DNA from: a virus
Virus record (IMG/VR): IMGVR_UViG_3300021964_007119
Span: 1-64,000 of that record
Direction: 5' to 3' (one strand)
DNA length: 64,000 nucleotides
The notes under the pieces are model-generated. The model made no database searches. It was not told the DNA's origin and worked only from the letters and a program-made list of their open reading frames with translations. Both the position numbers and the translations under genes were made by a program. Numbering within the stretch: the first letter of the stretch is position 1; every line of letters starts with the position of its first letter. Shown in pieces: positions 56,941 to 64,000 of the stretch.

Positions 56941-57081
56941 TTAGACTTTTTTGGATTGGGATTTGAGTATTTTCGTTGTTCCTTTGGTATGTTTCGGGTC
57001 GTAAGGGCACATTTTACAACCACTCCCGCAACAATAACCACGAGCCAAGTGTTTCTCTCTTGACATTACTTTCTTTTTCAT
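56941..57081 (-). CDS. DUF5522-like Cys-rich microprotein (46 aa)
   Basis: HLARGYCCGSGCKMCPY; below ORF-track cutoff. Confidence 0.8.
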   Translation of the reverse strand: MKKKVMSREKHLARGYCCGSGCKMCPYDPKHTKGTTKILKSQSKKV

Positions 57082-57088
57082 TTTGATT

Positions 57089-57397
57089 TTAGTTTGAGAA
57101 CATATCCCAGAACATATCACCTATTAATGCGATTAAACCACCACCAATTATAGTTCTCCACATAGTTGTGTTTTCTCTAAATTGTGTGTTTTGTTTGGTT
57201 TCCGCCCATAGGCCTTCATTGGGATTGAATAGATTTTCTTTGATAAATGAAATATCTTGGTGTATTTCATCAAATTTTGATGTGAAATGTTTTTCCAACT
57301 TTTGAACTGATTTATCTTGTTCGTTTAGTCGGTATAGTATTAATTCTAAATCTTGTTTGTCTTGTTTATTCATAGGTTTTTTTAATCCTTTTTTCAT
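57089..57397 (-). CDS. Coiled-coil protein with C-terminal TM (XhlA/holin-like architecture)
   Basis: Coiled coil then WRTIIGGGLIALIG. Confidence 0.5.
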   Translation of the reverse strand: MKKGLKKPMNKQDKQDLELILYRLNEQDKSVQKLEKHFTSKFDEIHQDISFIKENLFNPNEGLWAETKQNTQFRENTTMWRTIIGGGLIALIGDMFWDMFSN

Positions 57398-57420
57398 CTC
57401 AAATATAAATATAACATTTA

Positions 57421-57777
57421 TTATTTTTGAGTAGGATTCGGGTCATTTTCTTCACGGGGTTCGTTATTATTTTTACCACGAAGTGTATCTATTGGGCCTC
57501 CAACACCACCCATACCTGTTACTTTGGTTTTTTTACTAAAATCATTTATTTTTGGTTTCATATTTACCTCTTTTAATTCCTCTTTTGTTAATGGTCTATC
57601 TAACATTGGTATTTCTTCATCACATTCACAAATGTTACAACCACATTCTTCTTGATTAACTATTTTTTTGTTCTCATTCATAACTTGCATAATTATCCAA
57701 CCACTCATCAATACGATTGTCACCGAAATAAAGATAAATAATAAAAATCCTAATAATATGCTTAATAATGTGTTCAT
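57421..57777 (-). CDS. Membrane-anchored protein with Cys cluster
   Basis: N-terminal TM, CGCNICEC. Confidence 0.55.
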   Translation of the reverse strand: MNTLLSILLGFLLFIFISVTIVLMSGWIIMQVMNENKKIVNQEECGCNICECDEEIPMLDRPLTKEELKEVNMKPKINDFSKKTKVTGMGGVGGPIDTLRGKNNNEPREENDPNPTQK

Positions 57778-57874
57778 TTCGTCTATAAGTATTTGTTTTT
57801 GTTATTTTCTTCTATAATAAACAACACTATTAATGTTAATATTACGAATATCGGGAAGGCAGAGGCAGATAACA

Positions 57875-58072
57875 TTACACCGAGCCCCCTTTGTATTCAA
57901 ACACCACCTCGTATTTATATTCTGGTTCTGATTGTTTTAATCTATTGAGTTCTGTGTCGATATCTTTTGTCGTTATCCACTTTTCTTGAACTTGATTATT
58001 GTTTTTGTCTGTGATTTTAACAATAAATCTTGAGTCAATCTCTCTTTTCTGTTGTTCTGTTAATTCTTCCAT
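57875..58072 (-). CDS. Hypothetical protein
   Basis: AAGGA RBS before ATG 58072. Confidence 0.5.
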   Translation of the reverse strand: MEELTEQQKREIDSRFIVKITDKNNNQVQEKWITTKDIDTELNRLKQSEPEYKYEVVFEYKGGSV

Positions 58073-58250
58073 TGTCGTCCTTTTGTTTAGTGCTCCAAAC
58101 TCCGTCGTCATAACACACTTTTTTGTGTATTTTTAAATCTTCTCTATCTTCTAATTCTGAATCTATTGTGTCGTAGTAGTCTTCGCTTTCTCTAATTAAT
58201 TTTGTAAATGTCTCTCCGCCGTTCCATATTCCTTTCTCGGAATCACTCAT
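58035..58250 (-). CDS. Hypothetical protein
   Basis: Coupled ORF. Confidence 0.5.
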   Translation of the reverse strand: MSDSEKGIWNGGETFTKLIRESEDYYDTIDSELEDREDLKIHKKVCYDDGVWSTKQKDDNGRINRTTEKRD

Positions 58251-58890
58251 TATCGTTGTCCTTTCCTTTATCTTCCCAAGTTTTCATTTTTTTAATAGTC
58301 CAACCCAAATTATCGGGACTTTTTGGGGTTTCCATAATCTTTTTTTCTTTCGTGTTTAATATGAAAAAACAATTATAACACAATGTTCTTAAATTACTTA
58401 AATCTCTGTTTGACTTATCTTTGTCAATATAATCTAAGATTAACGGCGATTGTGAGTCTGATTTTCTAAATTCTGAATATCCACAATTGGAACATTCTTG
58501 AATTAACCAACCCACTTTGATTAATCTATTTAATAATTTGTGGTCAGGATAGTTAGGGTGATTACCACTTAATATACTGGATAACCAGCCCTCGGTATTA
58601 AACCTATCCCCACCTTTGTTAACACCAACTCCTGCGGCATTCTTATTTTGTTCAAATAAGTCATACATTTTCGCATACTTCTTAAATGTATTATAGGATA
58701 CTCCTAAAAACTTTGAGGCGGCTCGGATAGACCTCGTGTTTTGAATAGCCCACTCAATTTTAGATTTTGGAATTGGTTTACTTCTAAAAGGATTTTTCTT
58801 ATGTCTTTGTGGTTGAACTAATCCTCGTCCAAAAGCGTTTTCAAGTTCTTCCAAACTCTCTTGATGTTCTTTTTTTACATCTTCACTCAT
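58243..58890 (-). CDS. HTH plus degenerate HNH-like protein
   Basis: SIRAASKFLGVSYNTFKKY HTH; CSNC...LDYIDKD..N....NLRTLCYNC with Tyr at the usual His. Confidence 0.7.
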   Translation of the reverse strand: MSEDVKKEHQESLEELENAFGRGLVQPQRHKKNPFRSKPIPKSKIEWAIQNTRSIRAASKFLGVSYNTFKKYAKMYDLFEQNKNAAGVGVNKGGDRFNTEGWLSSILSGNHPNYPDHKLLNRLIKVGWLIQECSNCGYSEFRKSDSQSPLILDYIDKDKSNRDLSNLRTLCYNCFFILNTKEKKIMETPKSPDNLGWTIKKMKTWEDKGKDNDNE

Positions 58891-58892
58891 TT

Positions 58893-59105
58893 TTACTTTT
58901 TATATTTCTTTTTAAAAGGTTTCTTTTTATATCTTTTTTTAGGTTTTTGTTTTAATAGTTCGTCTTTTAACATTTTTCTTTGTATTCTTAAACTAATAAC
59001 TTCATTATCTAAATCACTCATTTTTCCTGATGATACTATTGCTACTGCTAAACTACCACCAATACTACCTATTAATAAACCTATTGTAAATAAAATCCAT
59101 TCCAT
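58893..59105 (-). CDS. Small membrane-anchored basic protein
   Basis: GAGGAGG RBS, TM then Lys-rich tail. Confidence 0.6.
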   Translation of the reverse strand: MEWILFTIGLLIGSIGGSLAVAIVSSGKMSDLDNEVISLRIQRKMLKDELLKQKPKKRYKKKPFKKKYKK

Positions 59106-59106
59106 T

Positions 59107-59295
59107 TTATTCCTCCTCTAAATATTCACTATTCTGATGTATTATAATTAACGAGCCACTATCTTCGTTTGGATTTTCTTCATAATCCAATCGGACATTT
59201 ACTGCTTCATCAAAAATAGTTTTTTTTAATTCAGTTAATTCTTTATCAGAATTTAACTCTTGTATTTGTTTCGTCTTTTTCTTTTTTAACTTCAT
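59107..59295 (-). CDS. Hypothetical protein (start uncertain)
   Basis: ORF ending EYLEEE. Confidence 0.45.
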   Translation of the reverse strand: MKLKKKKTKQIQELNSDKELTELKKTIFDEAVNVRLDYEENPNEDSGSLIIIHQNSEYLEEE

Positions 59296-59434
59296 ATAAC
59301 CTCTCAAAATCATCTTTACTTGGTATTTGTTTTTTAAAGTAAAAGAATTCTTTTGCTTCTTCCATATCTGTTAAATTATCTTGGACATCTACTACTTCTT
59401 TTGCTGTTTTGTTGATTAATCTATATCTACCCAT
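59246..59434 (-). CDS. Hypothetical protein
   Basis: Coupled ORF. Confidence 0.6.
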   Translation of the reverse strand: MGRYRLINKTAKEVVDVQDNLTDMEEAKEFFYFKKQIPSKDDFERLYEVKKEKDETNTRVKF

Positions 59435-59651
59435 ATAATTTCATTAAATCCGTATAACCACCGATAACTTTTTCATTCACAACTATTGTTGGAATTGCTA
59501 ATCTACCGGTTAATTCCATTAATCTGTTTCTACTTATTCCTTGCGAGTCTATGTTAATTTCTTCATAAGGAATGTTTTTCTCGTCGAGAAATCTTTTTGC
59601 GGATACACAACCAGAACACCAATCTGCTGAATATATTACTATCTTATCCAC
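59427..59651 (-). CDS. Glutaredoxin
   Basis: WCSGC, IPTI, IGGYTDL. Confidence 0.92.
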   Translation of the reverse strand: MDKIVIYSADWCSGCVSAKRFLDEKNIPYEEINIDSQGISRNRLMELTGRLAIPTIVVNEKVIGGYTDLMKLYG

Positions 59652-60027
59652 CTAAAACCTTTTTCTTTCCACCATCATATTCGTATGCGTGTCCATTATC
59701 TATCAGTAATTGGTTCAATGATTTATCTTCACCTTCAATAAAGATTTCACCAAGTAATCTACCATATTTTCCAACCCCGTGTGATTTCACTGTGAATTTA
59801 CCATCATTTCTTGATAACATTTCTAATGTGTATGCTTTCGCTTTTAAACCTAATTTTTTTTCTTCAAGGTTTCGTGTTCTACTTTCCCAGGTATCAACAC
59901 CCATAAATCTAATTCTTTTCTTTACTTGTGTATTGAATCCTAAATCTATCCATGCATCGGCGGTATCTCCGTCAACTCCTTTTATTAATCTTGCATTATA
60001 AATCCACGGGTCTAATTTTTTACCCAT
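59644..60027 (-). CDS. Thermonuclease (SNase-like) family protein
   Basis: VDGDT, RFMGVDTWE, GKYGRLL, NQLLIDNGHA. Confidence 0.88.
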   Translation of the reverse strand: MGKKLDPWIYNARLIKGVDGDTADAWIDLGFNTQVKKRIRFMGVDTWESRTRNLEEKKLGLKAKAYTLEMLSRNDGKFTVKSHGVGKYGRLLGEIFIEGEDKSLNQLLIDNGHAYEYDGGKKKVLGG

Positions 60028-60076
60028 TTTATTTCTCCTGATATTGTGAACATTTCATATAGTAATAAATATCATT

Positions 60077-60313
60077 TTATTTAATTTTTAAGCCTTTTAT
60101 TTTATCTAAAAACTCTTCTATTGTATAATCTTTAACTTGTTGGTCTATAATACGAACTTCTTCTAATTTTTCTGGATATTTTTCTACCAAGTTCATTAGA
60201 ATTTTAAATCCGTCTTCGGTATGAAATGTGTTGAAACTAATCTCACCCAATGTATTTGTTGAGTTGATTGCATCCTTTTCGGTATCACCTTTCATTAAAA
60301 TATAGAAAGTCAT
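60077..60313 (-). CDS. Hypothetical protein
   Basis: Coupled ORF. Confidence 0.6.
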   Translation of the reverse strand: MTFYILMKGDTEKDAINSTNTLGEISFNTFHTEDGFKILMNLVEKYPEKLEEVRIIDQQVKDYTIEEFLDKIKGLKIK

Positions 60314-61233
60314 TCTGAATCAAATGGTATTTCTAATTGTTCTGACTTTTCCCAAGCAACACCAGTATCATTGTCTTCCCAATCTTTTTCCGGTCTTACT
60401 TCTAAATTGGTATTCCACACACCACTTAAAGTGTGCATATCCAATCCTAATTCATTACCAAATGAAATCATTGCACTAATATCTTTTGGAAAACATTTAC
60501 CACCAAAACCAAACTTTCCATCTGGTCCTGGAACATTCATATGTGAGTGTCCTATTCTTCCGTCTCTTATGAAACCTTCAACTGCCATATTCCAATCTGC
60601 TTCACACAAATCAGAAACTTGTCTCATTTCGTTTAAGAAAGATACTTTAGTTGCAAAGAAACAATTATTCATATATTTTATTAGTTCTGCTGTTTGATAA
60701 TTTGTTTCAATAACTGGGATAGTATCACCAAATCTCCAACGATATAAATCTGCTACTTTATTTGTATTTTCTTTATCACCACCCAATATATAACGAGTTT
60801 GATTTATAAAATCAAAGTTAGCACTTCGTTCTGTTAAAAACTCTGGATTAAATACCAAGTTTAAGTTTTGATATTTTTGTTGAAGCTTTTTGGTTGTTCC
60901 AGGTGTTATGGTGCTTCTTATCAATACAATGTTATCAACTGCTGGAACTAATTCTAAATGTTCTGGTTCTATTTCAGCAGTTATTTTAGATATTTCTTGT
61001 AATGCATCTTCTACATAACTTAAATTTATACTTCCGTCTGAATTTGATGGTGTTGGTACTGATAAAAATATAAAGTCAGAATATGCAACTACATCTTCCA
61101 ATGTGTGCAATGACCTTGATTTGTCTTTATCGTAGATATACATTTCATCTACATCACAACCCGTTTGTGGTGAAAATCCAAACTCTACCGCTGAACCTAC
61201 AAATCCTCTACCTACTATACCAATTTTATACAT
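60310..61233 (-). CDS. UDP-glucose/GDP-mannose 6-dehydrogenase family (short form)
   Basis: GRGFVG, VPTP, NPEFL, AELIKY..N, GFGGKCFPKD; lacks C-terminal domain. Confidence 0.9.
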   Translation of the reverse strand: MYKIGIVGRGFVGSAVEFGFSPQTGCDVDEMYIYDKDKSRSLHTLEDVVAYSDFIFLSVPTPSNSDGSINLSYVEDALQEISKITAEIEPEHLELVPAVDNIVLIRSTITPGTTKKLQQKYQNLNLVFNPEFLTERSANFDFINQTRYILGGDKENTNKVADLYRWRFGDTIPVIETNYQTAELIKYMNNCFFATKVSFLNEMRQVSDLCEADWNMAVEGFIRDGRIGHSHMNVPGPDGKFGFGGKCFPKDISAMISFGNELGLDMHTLSGVWNTNLEVRPEKDWEDNDTGVAWEKSEQLEIPFDSE

Positions 61234-62140
61234 CTAATCCCATCTCCTTTTTATATTTTGGAATCCAAGTATCAATATTTCCTTTTGGTTTCCAACCCAA
61301 CAATTCTTCTGCTAATGAATTGTCTGCTAATGTTTCTGGTGGTTCAATTACTGGGTCTACATTAACTTTATCTCCACCAATCATATCTGCGATGTCATTA
61401 ATTGAACGATTATCACCATTACCAATATTGATGACTTCACCATTACCAACATTTTCAGATTGAGATGCTAGTATGTTTGCGTTTACAACATCACCTACAT
61501 AAGTGAAATCTCGTCTTTGTTCTCCGTCGCCTCTAATTGTCATTGGTTTTCCATTTAATAATTGGTCTACGAATATACCAATAACCATTGCGTAAGCTCC
61601 ACCAACATTTTGTCGTTCACCATAGATATTAAAATATCTTAATGATACGGTTTCTAATCCGTATACTTCGGAAAACATTTTACACATAACTTCACCATAA
61701 TATTTTTGTGCTCCATACGGGGACAATGGATTTACCGGGTCTGATTCTTTTGATGGTAATTTCTCGGTATTTCCGTAGGCTGATGATGACGCACTATATA
61801 CGACTCTCCTCACACCTGCGTCTGAAGCACATTTTAAAACATTTAAAGTTCCGATTGTATTATTAGTTTCATATTCAACAGGTTCTTCGATTGAAGGTTG
61901 AACTCTCGCTTTAGCGGCTAGTAAAAATACTGAATCCGCTCCCTTCATAACTTCTGTCATATTCTTATCTTGTTTAGGGTCACTAATATCCATATACTCT
62001 AACTGAACTTTTGGATTAATATTCTCTCTCTTACCCGTTGATAAATTATCTATTACTACTACTTCGTGGTTCTGTTCTACAAGTTTATCTACGATATTAC
62101 TACCGATAAAACCTGCACCACCTACTACTACATATTTCAT
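61226..62140 (-). CDS. NAD-dependent nucleotide-sugar epimerase/dehydratase
   Basis: GGAGFIGS, SSSAYG, YGAQK, LRYFNIYG, RDFTYV. Confidence 0.93.
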   Translation of the reverse strand: MKYVVVGGAGFIGSNIVDKLVEQNHEVVVIDNLSTGKRENINPKVQLEYMDISDPKQDKNMTEVMKGADSVFLLAAKARVQPSIEEPVEYETNNTIGTLNVLKCASDAGVRRVVYSASSSAYGNTEKLPSKESDPVNPLSPYGAQKYYGEVMCKMFSEVYGLETVSLRYFNIYGERQNVGGAYAMVIGIFVDQLLNGKPMTIRGDGEQRRDFTYVGDVVNANILASQSENVGNGEVINIGNGDNRSINDIADMIGGDKVNVDPVIEPPETLADNSLAEELLGWKPKGNIDTWIPKYKKEMGLDV

Positions 62141-62811
62141 TGTTTTTTCTCCAATTTACTATCATATTTTTTTGTTTCTTCCGAATCATTTGTTCTATTG
62201 TTGTCGTGGAAACGATAACGATATAATGGCATTCTCAAATGATACATTTTATATTTATCTAAAAATCTTTTATTCAAGTCGTGTCCTTCTCTCATTTTGA
62301 AACTCTCATCATAAAAACCAAGATTTGCAAGTGATTCGTAAGTATACATTATACCACACGCAACAAATTCTTCTTTTGAATTGTGTCTAGATAATAATTC
62401 GGCCGTGTCATTGACTTTAAAATAATCACACGCTACTGCTTGATAATTACAATCTGTGTTCATTACTCTTGGTCCAGAATTTGACTTTAAAAAGGTTGAC
62501 AAGACATATAAAAAATGACTTGAAACATAATCATCACAATCCACTCTTACAAAATACTTTGACATTGATGTTTTTAAAATTTTGTTTAATGATGTTGGTA
62601 ATCCTAAGTTTTTTTCGTTATTGATTACCCTAATGTTCATATGTTCTTTAAAAATATCAGTAACATCATCTAATGTTTCATTTGGGTCATCATTGACTAC
62701 TACAACTTCATATCTTGATTTTTCTAATGTTTGTGAGTTTAAACTTCTTAAACAGCGGTGTAACCACTCTTTTTGTTTATAAACACAAACTGCTACAGTG
62801 ATTTCATACAT
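62137..62811 (-). CDS. GT2 glycosyltransferase
   Basis: CLRSLNSQT, VVVNDD, NLGL, RVDCDD. Confidence 0.9.
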   Translation of the reverse strand: MYEITVAVCVYKQKEWLHRCLRSLNSQTLEKSRYEVVVVNDDPNETLDDVTDIFKEHMNIRVINNEKNLGLPTSLNKILKTSMSKYFVRVDCDDYVSSHFLYVLSTFLKSNSGPRVMNTDCNYQAVACDYFKVNDTAELLSRHNSKEEFVACGIMYTYESLANLGFYDESFKMREGHDLNKRFLDKYKMYHLRMPLYRYRFHDNNRTNDSEETKKYDSKLEKKQ

Positions 62812-63725
62812 AATTCTAATATACTCCTAAATGCTATTTCTTGACTATCTGTCGTTACACCAGCAACATGCGGTGTTAAAGTTAAATTTTCATACTTACC
62901 ACTTTGATACAATTGAAATAATTCTGAGTGGAATGGTGTGTTTTCATTTTGTTCATCTACAATTACATCAGCAGAATAATAAATTTCTCTTGACTTTATC
63001 AATAAACTTATGTATCTTTCATCAACGACTTCACCTCTTGAAGTATTAATGACCACAAGACCCTTTTTAAAGTCTTTAAAGGTATCATATGTGATTAAAT
63101 TTCTACTCGTATCATTTAACCCACAATTAATTGATACAATATCTACATCTTTTAATGATTCAATATTTGGAACTTTATTTTTTCCTCGTAAAACATTTGG
63201 GTCATAGAATTTATAATTCATACCGAAAGTTTCTGCATATTTTGAAACATTTTTACCTATTCTACCATAACCAATAATACCAATGGTTTTTCCATATAAT
63301 TGTTGAGTTCTTAAATTTTCTTCGTTATTTTTTTCTCTCCAATGTTTTGTATTGTTAGTTGCTTCTCTAAACTTTCTCATAGCATTCATAATATGTAACC
63401 AAGTAAATTCTGATGAAGCTGTTATTTTATCTAATGATTTTCTATCATCTAATAATGAATAAAATTGTATTCCTCTTTTCTTTAAATAATCTAAATCAAT
63501 GTGTGTATTACCGGTTGAAGGTGTTGCTACTATTTTTAAGTCTTTACACCACTCGTTATTAAGTGAACTTTTATCATATTTAAAATCACTACCAGGATTA
63601 GTTATTAATATTTCTGGATAAATACTTTCTTCTAATCCTAAATCAAATAATAAATCATCTTTAATATTAATAAAATCTGTTGGACAATCTATTTGTATTT
63701 TAGTTCGTTCTTTTTTCCAACTCAT
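62793..63725 (-). CDS. D-isomer 2-hydroxyacid dehydrogenase (SerA-like)
   Basis: GIIGYGRIG, INTSRG, TPHVAG. Confidence 0.9.
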   Translation of the reverse strand: MSWKKERTKIQIDCPTDFINIKDDLLFDLGLEESIYPEILITNPGSDFKYDKSSLNNEWCKDLKIVATPSTGNTHIDLDYLKKRGIQFYSLLDDRKSLDKITASSEFTWLHIMNAMRKFREATNNTKHWREKNNEENLRTQQLYGKTIGIIGYGRIGKNVSKYAETFGMNYKFYDPNVLRGKNKVPNIESLKDVDIVSINCGLNDTSRNLITYDTFKDFKKGLVVINTSRGEVVDERYISLLIKSREIYYSADVIVDEQNENTPFHSELFQLYQSGKYENLTLTPHVAGVTTDSQEIAFRSILELCMKSL

Positions 63726-64000
63726 TAACTTCTCTCTATTGCTTCTTTTATGTTTAACATTACTTCTGCTATTCTTAAATCTATTTCACTATCTATGTTG
63801 ATTGAATATTTATCTTCCATTACATAAGGTCTTGAAATTTTTCCGTGTCTTGTTTTTTCGTTCATTAGTGTATCTCTTTTCATTGAATAGATACCACCAT
63901 TTCTAATATAACACGGCTCTAAATCTTGTCTTCTACCAGCATCTCCCTCTGGATATTCTGAACAAAAGTCTTCAATCAAATCATCATCAGTAATTCTTTT
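63725..64000 (-). CDS. Acylneuraminate (CMP-nonulosonate) cytidylyltransferase, C-terminal part
   Basis: [14 protein letters not shown]...[10 protein letters not shown]; 5' end beyond window. Confidence 0.85.
   Translation of the reverse strand, partial: KRITDDDLIEDFCSEYPEGDAGRRQDLEPCYIRNGGIYSMKRDTLMNEKTRHGKISRPYVMEDKYSINIDSEIDLRIAEVMLNIKEAIERS

Noticed and set aside
1-64000. CRISPR array, integrase, rRNA, stop-codon reassignment
   Set aside because: No regularly spaced repeat-spacer array, integrase or rRNA seen; genes are intact in code 11, TAG and TGA act as stops, and there is no suppressor tRNA

Overview
64 kb of a very AT-rich, large lytic myovirus-type (probably jumbo) phage genome in the standard genetic code, with almost every gene on the minus strand. 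Left to right it holds: a >2280-aa tail-fibre gene with internal repeats and an S74-type chaperone motif (runs off the left edge; missed by the ORF track); Hsp20; a MoxR-type AAA+/VWA pair; a ~0.9 kb structured non-coding block; a single-chain SbcD-SbcC fusion, primase and resolvase; a contractile-tail baseplate module; a gp55-like late sigma factor; accessory genes (glycosyltransferase, 3D-domain muramidase, peptide deformylase, UvsE, RimK, GmrSD-like protein, Dam-like methylase, Hc1); six tRNAs; a candidate replication origin near 55.1 kb; and part of a nucleotide-sugar cluster. Two promoter classes can be read from the sequence: TTGAC(A/T)-N17-TAnnnT, and a short TA(T/C/G)TTAT motif. The most unusual signal is a set of unannotated structured RNAs: a 197-nt tRNA-shaped RNA with a ~140-nt insertion, and 411-nt and 215-nt RNAs closed by an acceptor-like helix ending in ACCA. 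The 197-nt and 411-nt RNAs share an identical 12-nt leader. All family calls come from motif recognition by eye; no searches were run.
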